NCBI GenBank assembly: GCA_003169895.1
Contig: PNAE01000006.1
Location: 103,294 to 167,293 of the forward strand
Source of the DNA: Gemmatimonadota bacterium
GTDB lineage: Bacteria > Gemmatimonadota > Gemmatimonadetes > Gemmatimonadales > GWC2-71-9
Direction: 5' to 3'
Length of the DNA stretch: 64,000 bases
Positions within the stretch are counted from its first letter, which is position 1. The number at the start of each line of letters is the position of its first letter. This document shows, piece by piece, positions 1 to 9,209 of the stretch. Made by a program: the position numbers and the translations under genes. Below the pieces are notes generated by a model, which was not told the origin of the DNA, did not search any database, and saw nothing but the letters and a program-made list of their open reading frames with translations.

Positions 1-2196
1 GCGGCCGCCTGGCGACCGCTGGGTGAACGCCAGCCGCATCGCTCCCCCACTACCGCCGAACAAGCCGAGAATCCGGCGCAGCAACGACGAACCGCCTGGC
101 CGCTTGACCGCCAGTTCGAGCCGGTAGGCGGAGTCATGCGGCGTCCCGCTCACCTCGAAGTAGAGTTGCATCGGATCACTCGCGCGAAACTGCTCGAGCG
201 GATTCACGCGGACACTGTCGCCAGTGGCCGGCATCCACCACAGCGGCACGTTACGCGAGCCGAGAACGAGGTCCGACAGGGCGAGCGCCGGGGCGGTCGG
301 TGAGGGAACATCAACCGTGTCGCGATCGCTGACCACACCGGCACGGCCCGCCTCCAAGCCGACCCGCGCAGTGAACCGTCCCGCCGGCACCGGCAGCGAC
401 ACCAGTCCGAGGAACTGGTCAGCTGCCCCTGGGACGGCGGCGCGGGCCGAGGTCGGTACGACCGTATCAACGACGGCCACGACGCTGCCATCGAGGCCAA
501 GTACCGACGCGCGCAGCTGGATCGAAAATCTCCCGGAATCGGTGCGAGCAATCGGCAGAAGCGCGCTCACGGGTACGGCATACGCGACGCGAAGCATCGG
601 CCAGCTGGAATCGCCGCCAGTCGCTAGCAGCAGCAGGTGGGCGGGCAACGCGACGGCGTAGCTGCGCGGCCACCGATCCGTTGAGGTGCCGATCCGGATG
701 CTCCGGCTGCCCAGGGTACGCTCCTCGGCCTCGAGTCCCGACGCGCCGCCCTTGCCGGACGTCAACAGCCGCTGATAGATGGGGCTCAGCCGCTGGCGTG
801 AGCGAAGAATCGCCTCCGCGCGGAGCGACATCGCAGCATCGCTGGCTCGCTGACGGAGCTTCGCCGCGCTGTCGGCGCCGATGTTGTTGACGCGCGATCG
901 GGAGGGCGGCATCATGGGCGCGTCGGTGCCTTGCACGTCGCCCGAGTTCTGCAGCCGTACCGCAGTGGCGTACCCGAGAACGTCGAGCACGCTTTCCACC
1001 AGCCGGAAATCTGTCACCCCTTCCCGCGCGACGAAATGAAAGAGCAGGTCGCCGGTGTCCGGGCGGTGGTAGGCCCACGACTCGTTGTACGGCAGCCCTG
1101 GCAGCTCGACCGAGGCGCGATCGTCCGGCGTCCCTTGCCGGATGTAGATGACGCCGCGATCATCGAACTCGGCCACCGGAGGGCGGTACCGCTCGACGAT
1201 GTCATAGTGCCGGTGCGTGGACGCCAGTCGGTAGTTGTGGCGGGCGTAATCGAGTCGCCGGTAGTGTTCCAGCAGGCGCTCGCCGGGCGCACGCAACTCA
1301 TCGCGATCGCGAACCTCCCAGAAGCGCCGCATCAGCGCGGCTCTGGCGGCCCCCGTGGACGCATCGAATGCGTGCAGCGAACTGTCCGGCATCACGAACC
1401 GCAGGTCGGCGCGATACAGTGCGGCGGTGCCCGGGTCGGCGAGCGCCAAGCCGCGATACCACGGCTCGCCGCCGCTCGCGCCGCCAAGGCGGAACAGGAC
1501 GCGCGCCTGCTCGAGCAGCGCCGCCGGACTCAACGGGTTGCGAGCGAGCAACGAATTGACCGCGACCAGCGCCGAGTCGGGACTCCCCACCTCGCGCTCG
1601 ATGCGCGCGCGCGCCAACAGGACATCCGGGTTGCGTGCCGCCGGAGTGCGCGCCGCACGGCGCAACGCCACGAGCGCCACACCGAGGCGCAGGTTGACGC
1701 GCTGACGCAGCGCCGTGTTGCTCAGTTCGACCAGTCCGCGGACGAAACCTGGATCAACTTCGGCACTGCGGGCAAAGTCATTGGCGGACCGCGTCAGCGC
1801 GTCCTTGCCAAGCGCGCTCTGCAAGCCGCGAAGCAGCTCGAACTCCGCATCGCCGACGCCCAATTCAGCGAGCCCGAGGCCGAACCAGCCGTAGGGCCAC
1901 TTCGGCTGCAGGTCAACGGTCCATTGGAATTCCGAGGCGGCGTCTTCGTAGTGTTTCCGCCCAGCGAGGTCACCCTGGCGCAGCGCGATGAAACCGAGCT
2001 GCAGGTGCACCATCGCACTGTCGCGCAGCTCGTGGCGCGCGCGCGCGATGAGTTCCTTCTCCAACGCGTTGAGCGCGAGGGAATCCTTCGCGGCCGTCAT
2101 GGTGTCGCGGAAGGCCTCGATCCGGTCGCGTTGGGCAGGCGACTGTGCCGAAAGTGGTGCGGCGAGGCAGAGCATCAGGGCGACGCGGGACATCAT
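1..2196 (-). CDS. GWxTD-domain family secreted protein with TPR-like N-terminus (3' end runs off the window)
   Basis: Manual minus-strand translation from ATG 2196/2193: signal-like MSRVALMLCLAAPLSAQ, then RRFWEVRDRD...ERLLEHYRRLDYA...EFDDRGVIYIRQGTPD...YNESWAY, the GWxTD-family core. Not in the ORF track, presumably because no stop falls inside the window. Confidence 0.75.
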   Translation of the reverse strand, partial: MMSRVALMLCLAAPLSAQSPAQRDRIEAFRDTMTAAKDSLALNALEKELIARARHELRDSAMVHLQLGFIALRQGDLAGRKHYEDAASEFQWTVDLQPKWPYGWFGLGLAELGVGDAEFELLRGLQSALGKDALTRSANDFARSAEVDPGFVRGLVELSNTALRQRVNLRLGVALVALRRAARTPAARNPDVLLARARIEREVGSPDSALVAVNSLLARNPLSPAALLEQARVLFRLGGASGGEPWYRGLALADPGTAALYRADLRFVMPDSSLHAFDASTGAARAALMRRFWEVRDRDELRAPGERLLEHYRRLDYARHNYRLASTHRHYDIVERYRPPVAEFDDRGVIYIRQGTPDDRASVELPGLPYNESWAYHRPDTGDLLFHFVAREGVTDFRLVESVLDVLGYATAVRLQNSGDVQGTDAPMMPPSRSRVNNIGADSAAKLRQRASDAAMSLRAEAILRSRQRLSPIYQRLLTSGKGGASGLEAEERTLGSRSIRIGTSTDRWPRSYAVALPAHLLLLATGGDSSWPMLRVAYAVPVSALLPIARTDSGRFSIQLRASVLGLDGSVVAVVDTVVPTSARAAVPGAADQFLGLVSLPVPAGRFTARVGLEAGRAGVVSDRDTVDVPSPTAPALALSDLVLGSRNVPLWWMPATGDSVRVNPLEQFRASDPMQLYFEVSGTPHDSAYRLELAVKRPGGSSLLRRILGLFGGSGGAMRLAFTQRSPGGR

Positions 2197-2266
2197 GCAA
2201 TCTACGTTCGTCGCCGGTGCCGAGGTTCCGCATAACCGAACCCGCGGCGCGGTGGATCGCCGGCAA

Positions 2267-2402
2267 CGGCGGCAGAATCTCCGCTCGGGAACTGCGTTGT
2301 AAGAAAGCCGTAATGCCTTCGACGCTGCCGGATGCGTAGCCTTGTAGGCCATCCGGCGTGCGCAGCGCCGACTCTTGGTCCGGCAGCATCAGGAACAGTC
2401 CC
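2267..2402 (-). pseudogene. Diverged duplicate of the amidase 3' end (direct repeat of 4021-4156)
   Basis: 136-nt copy with 10 mismatches by manual alignment. Translates GLFLMLPDQESALRTPDGLQGYASGSVEGITAFLQRSSRAEILPP versus amidase GLFMMLPDQESALRTPEGLQRYASGIVEGITTFLQRSARAEILPP. Confidence 0.85.
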
Positions 2403-2564
2403 GCGCAGCACGGCGGATCTCCTCAGCCAAGGAAAGCCGGGTTTCGATAAGATGTTATTCCAGCCATGCGCTTCCGAGGGGGCCCTCCTGCCGTGACGCG
2501 CCGCGATCGAACTTCCGATCCACTCCCTTACATTGCCAAGCTAATCGAGCCGGGAACGCCGACC

Positions 2565-3995
2565 ATGCCGAAGTCCGCCGTGCGAACGCAGTTCACCCTT
2601 CGGATCGCCATCCTCCTCGCCGCGGCAATGTCGCCTCGGGCTGCGCAGGCGCAGCGGGCTGCCGCGCCCGCGTTCCCGCCGGACTCGGCGGTGCTCGCGA
2701 TCATCAAGCGACGCGTGGAGGAAAAGCGCAGCGCCGGAATCATTGTCGGTATGCTGCAGCCGGACGGTCGCACCCGCATCGTGACGTTCGGGGATCCCGG
2801 GAAGGGACAGCCGCCGCTGGACGGAAACACCGTGTTCGAGATCGGCTCGATCTCGAAGGTGTTCACCGCGACAGTGCTCGCGGAGTTGGTGAAGGAGGGC
2901 AAGGTGAAGCTCGATGACCCGGTGCAGAAATACTTGCCGGCGAGCGTTCGCGTGCCCATGCGCAACGGAAAACAAATCACGCTCGCGAATCTGTCGGAGC
3001 AAAACTCCGGGCTGCCGCGCATGCCCTCGAACTTTCACCCGAAGGACGCGTCGAATCCCTACGCCGACTATTCCGTGCAGCAGATGTACGACTTCGTGTC
3101 CGGCTACCAGTTGACGCGCGACCCCGGGGACCAGTTCGAGTACTCGAATCTGGGCGTGGGCCTGCTGGGGCAGGTACTCTCGCTCGCGGTGGGGCAACCC
3201 TACGAGCAGATGGAGCGGAAGCGCGTATGGGAGCCGCTCGGCATGACGCACACGGCAATCACCTTCACGCCGTGGATGAAAGCGCACCTCGCACTCGGCC
3301 ACGACGAGCAAGGTGACGTTGTGCCCAATTGGGACCTGCCGACGTTCGCCGGTGCCGGTGCCATCCGCTCGACGACAGTAGACATGCTGAAATTCGCATC
3401 AGCAAACCTCCATCCGGAGCGCGGGAAGCTTCAGCAGGCGATGGTCTTGGCGCATGAAGAGCGCGGATCAGGCGGAAGCCCGACCATGTCGATTGGGCTG
3501 AACTGGTTCAGCCGGCACGCCGGCGCGGACACCATAGTCTGGCACAACGGTGGGACGGGCGGATATCGCACGTTCATCGGACTCGAACTGTCCAACAAGA
3601 CCGCGGTCGTCGTCATGACGAATTCCACCGGCGAGGGCGCCGACGATATCGGGATGCACCTGCTCGATCCCGCTCTCCCGTTGACGCCGAAGCCCTTACC
3701 GCCAAAGCAGCGCACAGCAATCGAGGTCCCGGCGGAAGTGATGGCGCGATACGTGGGCGTGTATCAACTCACTCCGCAGTTCGCGCTCGACGTCACGCTG
3801 AGCAACGGCGCCCTGTTCGTCCACCCAAGCGGGCAAGGAATGTTGCGCCTATGGCCCGAGACCGAAGTGGATTTCTTCATGAAGGAGGTCGACGCGCAGG
3901 TGACCTTTGTTCGCAATGCGCAGGGCGCGGTGACGCAGCTCGTCCTGCACCAGAACGGTCAGAACCTGCCGGGGACGAAGGCGGCGGCCCCTTAG
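2565..3995 (+). CDS. Serine hydrolase, beta-lactamase class C/AmpC-like family, with C-terminal DUF3471-like domain
   Basis: Motifs FEIGSISK (SxxK), YSN and WHNGGTGG; signal peptide; C-terminal YVGVY...LVLHQNG domain. Start 2565 preferred over 2466. Confidence 0.88.
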   Translation: MPKSAVRTQFTLRIAILLAAAMSPRAAQAQRAAAPAFPPDSAVLAIIKRRVEEKRSAGIIVGMLQPDGRTRIVTFGDPGKGQPPLDGNTVFEIGSISKVFTATVLAELVKEGKVKLDDPVQKYLPASVRVPMRNGKQITLANLSEQNSGLPRMPSNFHPKDASNPYADYSVQQMYDFVSGYQLTRDPGDQFEYSNLGVGLLGQVLSLAVGQPYEQMERKRVWEPLGMTHTAITFTPWMKAHLALGHDEQGDVVPNWDLPTFAGAGAIRSTTVDMLKFASANLHPERGKLQQAMVLAHEERGSGGSPTMSIGLNWFSRHAGADTIVWHNGGTGGYRTFIGLELSNKTAVVVMTNSTGEGADDIGMHLLDPALPLTPKPLPPKQRTAIEVPAEVMARYVGVYQLTPQFALDVTLSNGALFVHPSGQGMLRLWPETEVDFFMKEVDAQVTFVRNAQGAVTQLVLHQNGQNLPGTKAAAP

Positions 3996-4017
3996 GCCTT
4001 CTTCCGGGGTGCATCGC

Positions 4018-5925
4018 CTACGGCGGCAGAATCTCCGCTCGGGCACTGCGTTGTAAGAAAGTCGTAATGCCTTCGACGATACCGGATGCGTAGCGTTGTA
4101 GGCCCTCCGGCGTGCGCAGCGCCGACTCCTGGTCCGGCAACATCATGAAGAGTCCCTCGGTGAGGATCGCCGGATACCACGTCGGTCGGACGAGTGCGAG
4201 GTCGCCACGCGCCACGCCCAGGTCACGCACGCCCAGGTTCGCCACGAGCCGATCCTGGACCGCGCGCGCGAGTGGCAGCGATTGCGGGTGATTGAAGAAG
4301 GTGCTGGTGCCGTTGTTCGTGAACGGATTGACGCCGTCGGGAAGCGCGTTGTTGTGGATCGAGACCAGCAGCTCCGCGTCGACCGAATCGGCGAGCGCGA
4401 CACGCGGCCAGAGTTCGACCTCGTCCGGACCGTCCCGCGTCATGATCACGGTCGCACCACGGTCAATCAACCTGTCTCGAACGGCGCGCCCGACGGCGAG
4501 GTTGGCCTCCGGCTCGCACAGGCCGGTCGGCCCGCAGGCACCCCCGGGCGGATGGCCCGGGTCGATGACGATGCGCCGTCCCGCCAGCGGATGGGCGGGA
4601 TCGATCATCGGCGGTGCGCGAAACTCATAGACGAGATCGGTCCCCTCGACACGCACCCGCCAGCCCCAGAGCGGCCGGTCGAATGCCACCGAGATGGTGA
4701 TGCGGTCCTGCGCTTCCTGTTTCCAGGTGATCAGGCGCACGAACCGTTGGTCGGCACCGTAACGGGTCCAGTTGGCGTTCGACACGGCGTCGTACAATGT
4801 GATGATCAGCCCGCGCTCGCTCTCATCGACGCTCATCGGTACCGGCCGGGTCAGCGGCACCCTGAGCCGCGTGATGCCACTCTCCGCCGTGAGGGTCGGC
4901 GAGCCCATGATGGCCGGGCGCGGATCATCCGTCGCCGGTGCGCGATGCACGTCAGCAGACGATACCCACGCGATCGCGTCGCGCGAGAGCCTCAGCCGCA
5001 CCTGATCGCCGATGCGCATGTCGGCGCGGGTTCGCGTTCCTTGTGGGAGGAACCAGGTGTAGGTCCCGGTGGGGTAGGCGCGACCGATGGTGATGCGATC
5101 CGTGCCGCCAAGCCGTCGTGGGTCGTCGTCGAGCAACACGGCAACGGGTGCGTCAGCGCTGCGGGAGACCGTGAGAGGCCAGGGGATTCTCGTGGTGTCA
5201 CGGCCGAGCGCAATCACCAGCATCGGAGGACGGCTGAGGCGATCGCCTTCCGACGACGGCTCGAGACCACCGTTCGGATTGAGGGCAGTACCCAACGTGG
5301 CAACGAATCGATCACCGTGGATCGTGCGCACCAGGTTGCGTTCGTCGCGGTCGAAGTTTCGCAGGCCCTCCGACACCGGGGCTGCCGTTGAATCCGCAGC
5401 AAAGCGCAACACTGCGCCATTCGGCAGCAGCAGATGCACCAGGGATCCGGGCGCAGCCAGCACTGACAGGGCAAGCGGTTCACCCTGCGGCGCCCACACT
5501 TCACCGTTCGGAGCGAGCGACTTCGGGTCAACCCAAGCGCCACTCTCGCGCACCCAGCCGGCGCGAGACAGCGGGAGCGATGCGGTCGACGAGTCGGCAC
5601 CGCGTTTCGCCACGAGCGCGAGCACAAAACTCGAGTCGCGCGGTATCGCGATCCATGCCAGCCACGCGCCGTTGGGCGCGACCGCCACCGATTGGCCGGC
5701 AATGGTGAACTTGGCGGCACTGTCACCCACGGTCCCGAAGAGGAAGGTGGAATCGCCGGCGTCGATCGCGCTCCCCGCGGCCGGGTACGCCACCTGGATC
5801 GTCAGGTTCCCATGCACGGCTGGCACGGCGGGCAGCACCGACGCGGGGCGCTGGGCGCCGGCGCTCGCGACGAGGATCGGCAGCAATCCAGCGAAGCCCA
5901 CGACAAGCCGATTCAATGGCATCAC
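4018..5925 (-). CDS. N-acetylmuramoyl-L-alanine amidase (Amidase_3)
   Basis: IVIDPGH, EPEANL, LLVSIHNNA and AILTEG motifs; signal peptide; long N-terminal region. Confidence 0.9.
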   Translation of the reverse strand: MMPLNRLVVGFAGLLPILVASAGAQRPASVLPAVPAVHGNLTIQVAYPAAGSAIDAGDSTFLFGTVGDSAAKFTIAGQSVAVAPNGAWLAWIAIPRDSSFVLALVAKRGADSSTASLPLSRAGWVRESGAWVDPKSLAPNGEVWAPQGEPLALSVLAAPGSLVHLLLPNGAVLRFAADSTAAPVSEGLRNFDRDERNLVRTIHGDRFVATLGTALNPNGGLEPSSEGDRLSRPPMLVIALGRDTTRIPWPLTVSRSADAPVAVLLDDDPRRLGGTDRITIGRAYPTGTYTWFLPQGTRTRADMRIGDQVRLRLSRDAIAWVSSADVHRAPATDDPRPAIMGSPTLTAESGITRLRVPLTRPVPMSVDESERGLIITLYDAVSNANWTRYGADQRFVRLITWKQEAQDRITISVAFDRPLWGWRVRVEGTDLVYEFRAPPMIDPAHPLAGRRIVIDPGHPPGGACGPTGLCEPEANLAVGRAVRDRLIDRGATVIMTRDGPDEVELWPRVALADSVDAELLVSIHNNALPDGVNPFTNNGTSTFFNHPQSLPLARAVQDRLVANLGVRDLGVARGDLALVRPTWYPAILTEGLFMMLPDQESALRTPEGLQRYASGIVEGITTFLQRSARAEILPP

Positions 5926-6003
5926 TCAGCGTCCATTTGGGTTGCCGCCCCCCGGCGTGCTTCCTATCTTCCCGCATCTTTGGCCGACCTCACGACCAGG
6001 AGC

Positions 6004-7041
6004 ATGGCTACGCCGCCCATCCGCGCTTCGTTCTTCGCCCTGACCGACCGGGGTCGCACCCGCGACCACAACGAGGACACCTTCCTCGTCGCCGACCTCG
6101 GCGCCAAGGCGCCGGTCCGCGAATCGCGATCGCAGGAGCTGCAGATCGGCGAGCGTGGCGCGCTGTACCTCGTCGCCGACGGCATGGGTGGCGCCGCCGC
6201 CGGTGAGGTCGCCAGCGAAATGGCGGCTACCGGCATCTACCGCTATTTGATCGATACCTGGCAGAGCGATCAACAGGTCTCCGAAGATCGATTCGTGCAC
6301 CGGCTGCGTGAAGCGGTCGAACTGGCCAATCTCGAGATCCATAATTATGCGCGAGAGCACCCGGAGGTGCGCGGGATGGGCACCACCGCCACGGTGGCCG
6401 GTATCTGGCACGACCGGCTCTACCTTGCCCAGATCGGTGATTCCCGCGGCTACCTGGTGCGCGGCGGTGAGGCCCGGCAACTCACCCGCGACCAGTCGCT
6501 GACGCAGCGACTCGTCGATGTCGGCGAACTCACCGAGGAAGAGGCTGAAGCCAGCGAACGGCGCAACATCATCCTGCAGGCGCTGGGCCCGGACGCACTG
6601 GTCAAGGTGGACCTGAGCTGGCAGTCGCTGCAGCGAGGGGACGTGCTGATCATCTGCAGCGACGGATTGTCCACCCTGGTGCGGCGGGATGACATCGCGC
6701 AAGCTGTGCAGGAAGAACCTGACGAGGCCGGTGTCTGCCGGCGACTGGTCGCGCTGGCGAACGACCGCGGCGGCCCCGACAACATTACCGTGGTCGCCGT
6801 CCGGTTTGACGGCGAGGGGTTACCGGCGGTGGCAACCGATGCGCCGGGGTATCACGAGTTGATCACCTCGGCGGAGCGGCCCGCACTCCAGCCGACATCG
6901 GCCTTCCCGTCCACACCGCGCGCGGTGGAGGCGGCGCCGGTGCCGCTGCCGATCCGCGCCGGCTCCCCGACCGCACTCGCGCTCGTCGCACTGGCGATCG
7001 TGATGGGAATCCTGGCAATCGCGCTGCTGCTGAGGCGCTGA
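6004..7041 (+). CDS. PP2C-family Ser/Thr phosphatase (Stp1/PrpC-like) with C-terminal TM helix
   Basis: TDRGRTRDHNED, VADGMGG, GDSR, CSDGL and GGPDNIT motifs; AGGAG immediately before ATG 6004. Confidence 0.92.
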   Translation: MATPPIRASFFALTDRGRTRDHNEDTFLVADLGAKAPVRESRSQELQIGERGALYLVADGMGGAAAGEVASEMAATGIYRYLIDTWQSDQQVSEDRFVHRLREAVELANLEIHNYAREHPEVRGMGTTATVAGIWHDRLYLAQIGDSRGYLVRGGEARQLTRDQSLTQRLVDVGELTEEEAEASERRNIILQALGPDALVKVDLSWQSLQRGDVLIICSDGLSTLVRRDDIAQAVQEEPDEAGVCRRLVALANDRGGPDNITVVAVRFDGEGLPAVATDAPGYHELITSAERPALQPTSAFPSTPRAVEAAPVPLPIRAGSPTALALVALAIVMGILAIALLLRR

Positions 7042-7060
7042 GGGCGCCGTCGCCCGGGCG

Positions 7061-8173
7061 CTACGGCGGCGTGACGCAGCCCAGCACTCGCGGACCGGCA
7101 GCGCCGGTGGCGCCCGGGATATTCCCCGGTTGGCCATGCAACGTGAGCCAGCCGAGCAGCGCGAAGGCGACCGCCTCCTTCGCGTCGGCCGAGAAGAAGA
7201 GATCGTCGAATCGCATCAGCTGCATGTTGCGCGGCGCGATCCGCTCCGCCAGCGACTGCATCAGCACGGGGTGGTGAGTGCCGCCGCCGGCGGCCACCAG
7301 CTCGAGGGCCGCGGGCAGGTGGCTTTCGCAGCAGCGGGCAATGCTCTCCACGGTGAGTGCGACGGCAGTACGCACGCCGTCCGGGCCCGGCAGACGGCGG
7401 TGCAGCCGTTCCGCGTACTCCTGACCGAACAGCTCCCGACCTGTGCTGCGTGGCGGTGGCGCGGCAAAAAAGTCGTGCTGCAAGAGCTCGGCAACGACAT
7501 CCGGGTGGACGCGACCCTGGAGCGCCAGGCGGCCATCTACGTCGTATCGCGACGCTGGGTCGACCAGCCGCGCCACCGCGTCAATGACCACCACCCCGGG
7601 ACCGGTGTCGGCGGCGATCACGGTATCCAGCTCGGCGCGCCGACGCACCCAGGTGACGTTCGCCATGCCACCGATGTTGAGCAGGATGCGCGCGTGATCG
7701 ACGGCGGCGAAACAGAGCGCATCAGCCATCGGGACCAGCGGCGCACCTTCGCCGCCGGCAGCGACGTCGCGCGCGCGAAAGTTATGCACCACGCGCACAC
7801 CGAACCGCTCGGCCAGCACGGCAGGCTCGCCCAGCTGGAGCGTGACCGTCGGCGGCTCATGCCACAGCGTCTGGCCGGGAAATGCGATTGCGGCGACCGC
7901 GTCGGGGCGGACATGCGAGAGTTCCAGCGCGACCTCCACCGCGTCCGCCGCCCATTCCGCCAGCGCCACGTGCAATCGTGCCGTTTCCGCGATCGCACCA
8001 CCCGACAGGACGGCCTCGATCCGGCCGCGCTCGGCGCCGTTGTATGGCCGATGCGCGAAGCCGATCAACTCGACGCTGGTTGGCCCGCGAACCCGCACGA
8101 CAGCGGCATCCATCCCATCGAGCGACGTGCCGGACATGAGCCCGACGATGATCATCGGCGATTCGGTCATCAA
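7061..8173 (-). CDS. anmK: Anhydro-N-acetylmuramic acid kinase
   Basis: GLMSGTSLDGMD, GGEGAPLVP, LNIGGMAN, DTGPG, STGRELF and KEAVAFA motifs. Confidence 0.93.
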   Translation of the reverse strand: MMTESPMIIVGLMSGTSLDGMDAAVVRVRGPTSVELIGFAHRPYNGAERGRIEAVLSGGAIAETARLHVALAEWAADAVEVALELSHVRPDAVAAIAFPGQTLWHEPPTVTLQLGEPAVLAERFGVRVVHNFRARDVAAGGEGAPLVPMADALCFAAVDHARILLNIGGMANVTWVRRRAELDTVIAADTGPGVVVIDAVARLVDPASRYDVDGRLALQGRVHPDVVAELLQHDFFAAPPPRSTGRELFGQEYAERLHRRLPGPDGVRTAVALTVESIARCCESHLPAALELVAAGGGTHHPVLMQSLAERIAPRNMQLMRFDDLFFSADAKEAVAFALLGWLTLHGQPGNIPGATGAAGPRVLGCVTPP

Positions 8174-9096
8174 GGACCGTTCATGGGGGGCGGCGGACCG
8201 ACAATCGCCCGCAGCCGCCGGTCAACGCTGGCGAGGCGTGCCTCGGCCGCCTCGTAGTCGAGCGCGTCGTGCAACATGACGATCGCGGTGCGCACGTTGC
8301 CGTTCGCGGTGCGTACCGCGTCGCGCGCGGCTTCGCGGGTCACGCCGAGCACGTCCATGACGATGCGCTCCCCGCGATCACGCAACTTGGCGTTGGTTGC
8401 CTGGAGGTCGACCATTAGGTTGCCGTACGTCTTGCCAATGCGAATCATCGCGCCGGTGGTCAACATGTTGAGCACGAGCTTGGTCGCGGTACCGGCCTTC
8501 AGCCTGGTCGATCCGGTGATGAGTTCGGGCCCCACGTCAACATGGATCAGCACGTCACAGCGGTCGTGGATGCCCGGCGGTGGCTCCGCGCAGGTGAGGA
8601 AGACGGTGCCGGCACCGATGTTGCGCGCGTGCTGCAGCGCGCCGTGAACGAACGGCGTCTTGCCGCTTGCCGCGATGCCGACGACGACGTCGGCGCGACT
8701 GACCTGTCGCTCCGCAACGGCGGCCGCACCGGCATCGGCGCTGTCCTCGGCCCCCTCGACCGACGTGAGCAGCGCCGGCGGGCCACCGGCGATGATTCCC
8801 TGCACCAGGTCGGCTGGCGTGCCGAAGGTGGGCGGACACTCCGACGCATCGAGCACTCCCAAACGTCCCGACGTTCCAGCGCCAACGTAGAAGAGCTTCC
8901 CGCCGCGACGGAACGCTGACTCGATCAACCCGATCGATTCGGCGATCGCCTCACGCGAGCGCGCGACGGCTGGTGCGACGGTGGCGTCCTCGGCGGCGAA
9001 CAGGTCGACAAGCCGCAACGCATCGAGGGTGTCGATGTCAATCGAACGAGGATTGCGCCGTTCGGTCGCACGAACCGGATCCGGAGGTCCGGTCAT
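8170..9096 (-). CDS. murQ: N-acetylmuramic acid 6-phosphate etherase
   Basis: TERRNPRS, GAGTSGRLGVLDASECPPTF, GSTRLKAGTATK and NLMVD motifs; overlaps the anmK start. Confidence 0.95.
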   Translation of the reverse strand: MTGPPDPVRATERRNPRSIDIDTLDALRLVDLFAAEDATVAPAVARSREAIAESIGLIESAFRRGGKLFYVGAGTSGRLGVLDASECPPTFGTPADLVQGIIAGGPPALLTSVEGAEDSADAGAAAVAERQVSRADVVVGIAASGKTPFVHGALQHARNIGAGTVFLTCAEPPPGIHDRCDVLIHVDVGPELITGSTRLKAGTATKLVLNMLTTGAMIRIGKTYGNLMVDLQATNAKLRDRGERIVMDVLGVTREAARDAVRTANGNVRTAIVMLHDALDYEAAEARLASVDRRLRAIVGPPPPMNGP

Positions 9097-9209
9097 CGCC
9101 GGCGCGGGCTGGCCGGCCGGCCGGTGGCGCGCAGCACCCGCGCGCATAGCGATAGCATGGGCACGGATTAAGTTACCGATTCTCCCCCTCCCCCGCATCC
9201 GAGGCCATC

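Noticed and set aside
931-2235. 434-aa plus-strand ORF
   Set aside because: Antisense shadow of the GWxTD-family gene; no motifs. Long shadow ORFs are expected at high GC.
1970-2389. 139-aa minus ORF beginning with amidase-like sequence
   Set aside because: Only the duplicated amidase tail reading on, out of frame, into the GWxTD gene; not a plausible gene.
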